Assembly: GCA_045863855.1 (NCBI GenBank)
Contig: BTVV01000106.1
Coordinates: forward strand, 1 to 21,307
Reading direction: 5' to 3'
DNA length: 21,307 nucleotides
Source of the DNA: Planctomycetota bacterium
GTDB lineage: Bacteria > Planctomycetota > SZUA-567 > H5-PLA8
A model generated the notes under the pieces. The model saw only the letters and a list, made by a program, of their open reading frames with translations. It had not been told where the DNA came from and did no database searches. Made by a program: the position numbers and the translations under genes. Position 1 is the stretch's first letter, and each line of letters starts with the position of its first letter. Shown one piece after another: positions 16,317 to 21,307 of this stretch.

Positions 16317-16511
16317 TCAGGCTTGCTGGTTAATCAGCGTCTCGAACTCGACCAGACGGCGACGCAACGCCGCCAATTCCACACCCAGCATTTCCAGGTT
16401 GTGCGCCACGCGGCGCAAGCCGCGCGCCGTGGGCAGGGCCTCATCGGACGGCGCGGACGGCTTACGACCTTCGATCACGCGCAACGTCACCTTCGATCGG
16501 CGTTCCGACAT
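16317..16511 (-). CDS. Small (64 aa) hypothetical protein with C-terminal coiled coil
   Basis: GGGAGG RBS before ATG 16511, host-like codons, fills the gap in a minus-strand run. Heptad pattern LRRVAHNLEMLGVELAALRRRLVEFE. Confidence 0.65.
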   Translation of the reverse strand: MSERRSKVTLRVIEGRKPSAPSDEALPTARGLRRVAHNLEMLGVELAALRRRLVEFETLINQQA

Positions 16512-16555
16512 CCGCAGCCCTCCCGCAAAGCGCGCGAACGGCCGGGGCGATCGGC

Positions 16556-17533
16556 TCACTCCATCGGCCAGCGTCCGCCCATGCGCCGCAACGCTTCTAG
16601 GAAGTCATCGGCTGGCGGAGCCGTGAAGCACAGTCTTTTCCCCGAGACCGGGTGCTCGAACTCCAAGCGCCAGGCGTGCAAGGCGTGCCGCGATAGCTCT
16701 AATTCGGGACAAACGCGCTCGCGGCCGTACACCAGATCGGCCAGGATCGGGAAGCCGGCCTTCGCCAGATGCACGCGAATCTGGTGCGTCCGCCCCGTCT
16801 TGGGCTTGGCCAAAATCAGCGCCGCCGGCGCGCCGGCGCGCTCGAGCTTCTGCAGCGTTTCGAAAGCCGTGAGCGCCGCGCGCCCTTCCTCGGGCCCGCG
16901 CAGCACCGCCATTTCCTTCCGCCGCGTCGGATGCCGCCCGATCCGGCCCTCGCACACGAATTCCGGCTTGAGCGGGTGCCCGTGCGTCAGCGCGAGGTAG
17001 CGCTTCTCGACGCTCCGCGCCATGAACTGTTCTTGCAGGGCCTGATGCGCCGCGTCGTGCTTGGCGGCGACGATCGCGCCGCTCGTTTCGCGGTCCAGCC
17101 GGTGCACGATGCCCGGACGGATCGATCCGTTGATTCCGCTCAAATCGGAGCAATGCGCCAAAAGCGCGTTCACCAGCGTCCCCGTCGCATGCCCCGCGCT
17201 GGGATGCGTGACCATGCCGGCGGGCTTGTTGATTACGATCAGATCGGCGTCTTCGTAGAGCACGTCCAGGGGGATCGCTTCGGGGCGCGCCTCGATCGCT
17301 TCCGGCTCGGGCAGTTCGAGTTCCACACGCTCGCCGCCCTTCACCTTCTTGTTGGGTTTCGCTTCGCGGCCGTCGAAGAGAATATCGCCGCTCTTGAGGA
17401 GCTTGGCCAGGAACGAGCGCGAAAGGTCGGGCCACAACGCCACCAGCGCCACGTCAAGCCGCTGCCCCGCCGCGTCGGGCGGCAAGGCGGCTTCGCGTAT
17501 TCGAGCATCGCCTTCAGGCGCCGATTCGCTCAT
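16556..17533 (-). CDS. rluD: RluA-family 23S rRNA pseudouridine synthase with S4 domain (RluD-like)
   Basis: GQRLD..SRS S4 domain, LYEDADLIVINKPAGMVTHP, RPGIVHRLDRETSG (catalytic Asp), TGRTHQIRVH and ALHA. Confidence 0.93.
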   Translation of the reverse strand: MSESAPEGDARIREAALPPDAAGQRLDVALVALWPDLSRSFLAKLLKSGDILFDGREAKPNKKVKGGERVELELPEPEAIEARPEAIPLDVLYEDADLIVINKPAGMVTHPSAGHATGTLVNALLAHCSDLSGINGSIRPGIVHRLDRETSGAIVAAKHDAAHQALQEQFMARSVEKRYLALTHGHPLKPEFVCEGRIGRHPTRRKEMAVLRGPEEGRAALTAFETLQKLERAGAPAALILAKPKTGRTHQIRVHLAKAGFPILADLVYGRERVCPELELSRHALHAWRLEFEHPVSGKRLCFTAPPADDFLEALRRMGGRWPME

Positions 17534-17566
17534 GCGGCCATGCTACCGCACGCGCGCGGTTGTCGA

Positions 17567-19099
17567 TCACGCTTTCGGCTTGGCCTCCCACGCCACGAGC
17601 GGCTCGCCCCAGGGCAATTGCCGCGCGATGTCGCGGTCGTCCTGCAAGTCCCGCGGATCCTCGCTGCGCACGCACCACTCGAAGAGCTGTGCGCGGAACG
17701 CCCCGCACTCCGCTTGCCGCGCCGGTTCCCGCGCCAAGTTCCGCCGCTCGCCCGGATCGGCCTCCAGATCGTACAGCTCCTCCTCTCCGCGCTTAAACCA
17801 GATGTACTTGCGCGTCGGCGTGCGCACCATCTTGACGTGATCGCCCGGCACGTTGAACGGCGCGCTGTGGCGCAACGGGTGCCCGGGCTCGTCGCGGGAG
17901 CGCCTCCACTCCGAAATGAACGCGGGAAAGTCCGAATACGGATTCTCGAACAACGGCGGACAGATTTCGGCGTGAACCTCGTCGCGGTGGCGGTCGGTGG
18001 CGCCTTCCAGCAGCGCGTCGAGCGACAGGCCCTGCACGCCCTTAGGCACCGTGGCGCCCGCGTAATGGCAGATCGTCGGATGCAGGTCGATCTGCTCCGC
18101 CAGCGCATGGCGCACCGCGCCGGCGGGCAGCACACCGGGGTAACGCAACACGCACGGGATATTCAGCAGGCAGTCGTACAGCACCAGATCCTTCTTCACC
18201 ATCCCGTGGTCGGCGCGGAAATCGCCGTGATCGGACACGTAGATAACAAGCGTATTTTCGCGCATACCCAATTCATCAAGCTTCGACAATATCTTCCCGA
18301 TTTGCTCATCAACAAGGGTGATCATGGCGGAATAAACGGCCATATAGCGGCGTAAATCCGATTCGCTCGCCGCGTCCATCAACTGAGCCTCACGCTTGAC
18401 GGACATCCGCGAGGACTTTCCATTCACCTCATGTCCGCGGGTGGGTCCAACTAAACTCTTGTCTAGAGGTAACTTATCCTCTGGGTACAGCCCGGATAAC
18501 CGACGCGGCGCGGTATGCGGCGCATGCGGATCCTGGAAACTTACCCACAGGAAAAACGGATCGTCCTGTTTTGCAAACACATCCAGAGCGTCTAATCCCG
18601 CCTGGCCGATCTTATAAGTACTGGAGTGCTTTTCCGGCAGGTCGTGAAACCGCGCACCGGCCCAGGACCCCTTGTGATACATGTCTTCCCGAATGGCCTT
18701 CAGATGCGCTTCCCACTCCGGGGTTCCACCGCTTTTAAGGTCCGCTCTACAGATATCCAGCGGCTCCAAATCGCGCGGATAGAACATGTGGTTCTTTCCG
18801 ACCAAACCAGTCTTATATCCACGATCCTTGAGTATCCGGAAGAGATGTGGCTCGCCTGGACCGATGTTGGAGTTGTTTTCACGTACGCGATGGCTATGCG
18901 GATAGCGGCCCGTGACGAAGTTGCTCCGGCTGGGCACGCAGACCGGCGACTGCGCGAACATACGCCTTAAGCTAACCCCTTCCGCCGCAAGATGATCCAG
19001 CGACGGCGTGTGCATCCAAGGCGTCACCGCGCCAAGCGCGTCGGCGCGGTGCTGGTCGGACATGATCCAGAGGATGTTCGGGCGATCGGTGCGAGCCAT
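17567..19099 (-). CDS. Cys-type formylglycine-dependent sulfatase (S1 family), no signal peptide
   Basis: RPNILWIMSDQHR, CVPSR..TGRY, GKNH, DPHAP, SDHGD and LYDLEADPGE. AGGAGG RBS. Confidence 0.95.
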   Translation of the reverse strand: MARTDRPNILWIMSDQHRADALGAVTPWMHTPSLDHLAAEGVSLRRMFAQSPVCVPSRSNFVTGRYPHSHRVRENNSNIGPGEPHLFRILKDRGYKTGLVGKNHMFYPRDLEPLDICRADLKSGGTPEWEAHLKAIREDMYHKGSWAGARFHDLPEKHSSTYKIGQAGLDALDVFAKQDDPFFLWVSFQDPHAPHTAPRRLSGLYPEDKLPLDKSLVGPTRGHEVNGKSSRMSVKREAQLMDAASESDLRRYMAVYSAMITLVDEQIGKILSKLDELGMRENTLVIYVSDHGDFRADHGMVKKDLVLYDCLLNIPCVLRYPGVLPAGAVRHALAEQIDLHPTICHYAGATVPKGVQGLSLDALLEGATDRHRDEVHAEICPPLFENPYSDFPAFISEWRRSRDEPGHPLRHSAPFNVPGDHVKMVRTPTRKYIWFKRGEEELYDLEADPGERRNLAREPARQAECGAFRAQLFEWCVRSEDPRDLQDDRDIARQLPWGEPLVAWEAKPKA

Positions 19100-19129
19100 G
19101 GCGCGAGGCCTCCTTTACGAGGCCTGCAT

Positions 19130-19151
19130 TTTACATGCAATCCTATGTAAA
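19130..19151. promoter_or_regulatory. Interrupted palindrome TTTACAT-N8-ATGTAAA upstream of the sulfatase, candidate operator overlapping a minus-strand TAAAAT -10
   Basis: Arms at 19130-19136 and 19145-19151 are exact reverse complements in an AT-rich spacer. Confidence 0.5.
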
Positions 19152-19197
19152 CCATTAGGCTATATGCGCATAAGCATGGAAAATTACAGCAAACAAC

Positions 19198-20013
19198 TCA
19201 GGGATTCGCAGGCGCGGGAGCTGCGGCGCGGCGCGGCGGGGCTTTGCCGTCGGGAAGCGCGATGCCGGGGGAATCGAGGAGGCTTTGGAGGTACTTGGCT
19301 TGGGAGCGCCAGCTCTGGCGGTCGAATTGGCTGTCGCTGCTCGATTGCAAAGCCTTTGATATCCAGCGCTTAGCTTCTTCGCGGGCGGAGGAGGCGTCTT
19401 CGTTTTTGGCTTCGAGCGCGCGGGCTTGATACCAGTAGGTGCGGCCAAGCTGGTAGCAGAGTTTGGGGAAGAGGAAGTGCTGCTCGTACTCTGTAACTGC
19501 TTGCTTGAACGTAGTTTGCGCGGCTTCGGTGGAACCGGCCTGCTCTTGTGCAAGTCCGAGTCCTTCGGCGGCCAAGGCGCCAAATATAACATGCGTGCGG
19601 AACTCTTTGTGCGCGAGCTCGAAGACTTTCGTCGCGCGGTCGAGGCTGGCGGAGCGTTCGGAGGGCGGCCGCTCGGGGCGCAGCGCGTCTTCAAAGTGAA
19701 TCTGGGCCAGGAGTAGCATCACGTACGGATGCGCTTCGGTGCCGCGGACGTCGTCCCAGGTCTTCTCGAGCGCTTCGACGCGCTCGCGGCCGGTCTCTTT
19801 GTCCTTGAGCGCCACGAATACGGCGTCCCAGGAATCCCGGGCCGAGCGCAGGCGTCTATCTTCCATCTTGCGAACGACTAACAGCGACGCGACGGAGATG
19901 ACCAGCAGCGCAATCAGGCCGATCACGACGAACGGCATCAGCGCGGTGATCGCTTCGAACTTCGTCCCGGCGCCGGTGGCGCTGTCGGGCGTGGCGGTGT
20001 CGGATACGGCCAT
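19198..20013 (-). CDS. Single-pass membrane-anchored tetratricopeptide-repeat protein (YfgM-like)
   Basis: AGGAG RBS, one N-terminal TM (FVVIGLIALLVISVASLLVV), TPR-like helices (LLLAQIHF, AAEGLGLAQEQAG..AA..F, YQLGRTY..A..W). Confidence 0.78.
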   Translation of the reverse strand: MAVSDTATPDSATGAGTKFEAITALMPFVVIGLIALLVISVASLLVVRKMEDRRLRSARDSWDAVFVALKDKETGRERVEALEKTWDDVRGTEAHPYVMLLLAQIHFEDALRPERPPSERSASLDRATKVFELAHKEFRTHVIFGALAAEGLGLAQEQAGSTEAAQTTFKQAVTEYEQHFLFPKLCYQLGRTYWYQARALEAKNEDASSAREEAKRWISKALQSSSDSQFDRQSWRSQAKYLQSLLDSPGIALPDGKAPPRRAAAPAPANP

Positions 20014-20102
20014 ACTGGCTTTAACTCCTGATTACGCAAAGGCTAAAAGCAATCCCGTGCACCGTGCGGTCACGGCGCTTTCCCGAGCTATACGGGCCTC
20101 AC

Positions 20103-20131
20103 AGGTTACGAAACTCCTCGCTCCGCGTCAA
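20103..20131 (-). promoter_or_regulatory. sigma70-type promoter TTGACG-17bp-TAACCT for the TPR gene
   Basis: -35 at 20131-20126, -10 at 20108-20103, exact 17 bp spacing. Confidence 0.62.
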
Positions 20132-20165
20132 CGGCAGCTTGCATAATCTTTGACGCGCAAGCGGA

Positions 20166-20195
20166 TTGGCGGCGGAGGAAGAATCCGGGTATAGT
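20166..20195 (+). promoter_or_regulatory. sigma70-type promoter TTGGCG-18bp-TATAGT for the second sulfatase
   Basis: -35 at 20166-20171, -10 at 20190-20195. GGAGGT RBS at 20227-20232. Confidence 0.55.
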
Positions 20196-20241
20196 TCTAT
20201 CGTAACCTGTCAAAAGACCCCTGCCCGGAGGTACCGCACGC

Positions 20242-21306
20242 GTGCCGCAGAAGCGACCGAACATACTCTTGATTACATCCGATCAGCAACATTGGGATAC
20301 GTTAGGGGTTACAAATTCGAGGATCCGAACGCCGAACCTCGACCGCTTGGCGCGGGAGGGGACGCGGTTCGGGCGCTCGTATTGCTCCAATCCGCTCTGC
20401 TCGCCTTCTCGAAGTTCCATCATCACCGGGCTTTATCCGTCGTCCCACGGCTGCTGGACGATCGGGGTGAAGCTGCCCGAAGACGTGCCGACGGTGGGGC
20501 AAGTCTTTCAGCAGCATGGATATGGAACAACGCTCGTGGGCAAGGCGCACTTCCAGCCACTGGCGTCGCGGGCGGGGAGCCATTCGATCGAATGCCAGCC
20601 GCTTTTACGTAACTTGGACTTCTGGCAAGACTTCCACGGTCCGTGGTACGGCTTCCAGCACGTCGAGACGGCGCGGATGCACGGCGACGAGTCGCACGCG
20701 GGGCAGCATTACGCTATCTGGATGGAGGAACAGGGGTTACACCATTGGCGCGACTACTTTAACCCGTGGCCGCACACGCAGGAGATGAAGCGGCGGCACG
20801 GCGCTTGGGATCTTCCAGAGGCTTACCACTACACGACTTGGACGGCCGAGCGGACGATCGCGAACATCGAACGGCACGCCGGGAACGAGGAGCCGTTCTT
20901 CTTGTGGTCGAGCTTCCACGATCCGCATCCTCCGTATGTCGTTTCGCAGCCTTGGGATACAATGTACAAGCCGGAGCATATGGAGCCGGGCCGGCTGGCC
21001 GCGGGGGAGCTGGAGCGCTGGCCGCCGCACTTCCAGAAGACCCAGGAAGCGCGTCCGGATTACGCGGCGTGGCAGGAGTCCGGATACGGTAACCATGGAT
21101 TCCATAGTCATTTACACGATGAGGCGAGTTTGCGGAAGAACGTCGCGATCTACTACGGGATGATTAGTTTCATGGATCGGCAGATCGGGCGGATCCTGGA
21201 GAGCCTGGACCGGCTGGGGATCGCGGAGAACACGCTCGTGATGTTCAGCACGGATCACGGGCATTTCCTTGGCCAGCATGGACTTACGGCGAAGGGGGCG
21301 TTCCAT
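20242..21306 (+). CDS. Cys-type sulfatase (S1 family), truncated by the right edge and absent from the supplied ORF track
   Basis: Hand translation from GTG 20242: PQKRPNILLITSDQQHWDTLG..RTPNLDRLA..NPLCSPSRSSIITGLYP..GKAHF..SFHDPHPPY..STDHGHFLGQHGL..KG. The frame is still open at the end of the window. Confidence 0.95.
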   Translation, partial: MPQKRPNILLITSDQQHWDTLGVTNSRIRTPNLDRLAREGTRFGRSYCSNPLCSPSRSSIITGLYPSSHGCWTIGVKLPEDVPTVGQVFQQHGYGTTLVGKAHFQPLASRAGSHSIECQPLLRNLDFWQDFHGPWYGFQHVETARMHGDESHAGQHYAIWMEEQGLHHWRDYFNPWPHTQEMKRRHGAWDLPEAYHYTTWTAERTIANIERHAGNEEPFFLWSSFHDPHPPYVVSQPWDTMYKPEHMEPGRLAAGELERWPPHFQKTQEARPDYAAWQESGYGNHGFHSHLHDEASLRKNVAIYYGMISFMDRQIGRILESLDRLGIAENTLVMFSTDHGHFLGQHGLTAKGAFH

Positions 21307-21307
21307 T

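Noticed and set aside
19126..19173. Canonical dif (XerCD) site
   Set aside because: Arm-like sequences are present but the 11-6-11 geometry is not met (CAT-N8-ATG rather than N10), and the skew polarity is origin-like rather than terminus-like under the usual convention.
20166..21306. Short ORFs listed in the track in the last 1.1 kb
   Set aside because: All are explained as alternate frames of the edge-truncated sulfatase starting at 20242.
1..21307. CRISPR array, tRNA/rRNA, IS element, prophage or defence island
   Set aside because: No regularly spaced direct repeats, cloverleaf with T-loop consensus, transposase/integrase, nuclease or NTPase motifs seen by eye.

Overview
High-GC bacterial chromosomal DNA (about two-thirds G+C by hand sampling), most likely Planctomycetota. 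That assignment is inferred from a secreted prenyltransferase/squalene-oxidase-repeat protein ending LEVYYRY, planctomycete-style N-terminal HEAT modules and two sulfatases. The window holds 18 complete CDSs and two edge-truncated ones. They are a mix of housekeeping genes (miaE, alaC-like aminotransferase, scpB, rluD, a YfgM-like TPR protein), hydrolases and transporters (amidohydrolase, GATase-like/deacetylase fusion, peptidase C26, ArsB/NhaD-family permease, membrane domain/spermidine-synthase fusion, two Cys-type sulfatases) and exported proteins of unknown function. I see no rRNA, tRNA, CRISPR, transposase, integrase or phage gene, and no obvious new multi-gene system. The strongest unexplained signal is compositional: strand asymmetry (C-rich to G-rich + strand, with matching synonymous codon choice) flips at about 18.2-19.2 kb. 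The flip coincides with a ~750 bp AT-enriched patch inside an intact sulfatase gene and a palindrome-dense intergenic spacer. Several intergenic structures are also notable: an ~85 nt rod (91-177), a perfect 24 bp palindrome (7597-7620), an attenuator-like hairpin (16240-16296) and 11 bp inverted repeats around a divergent promoter (20101-20210). All calls come from motif recognition by eye; no searches were run.
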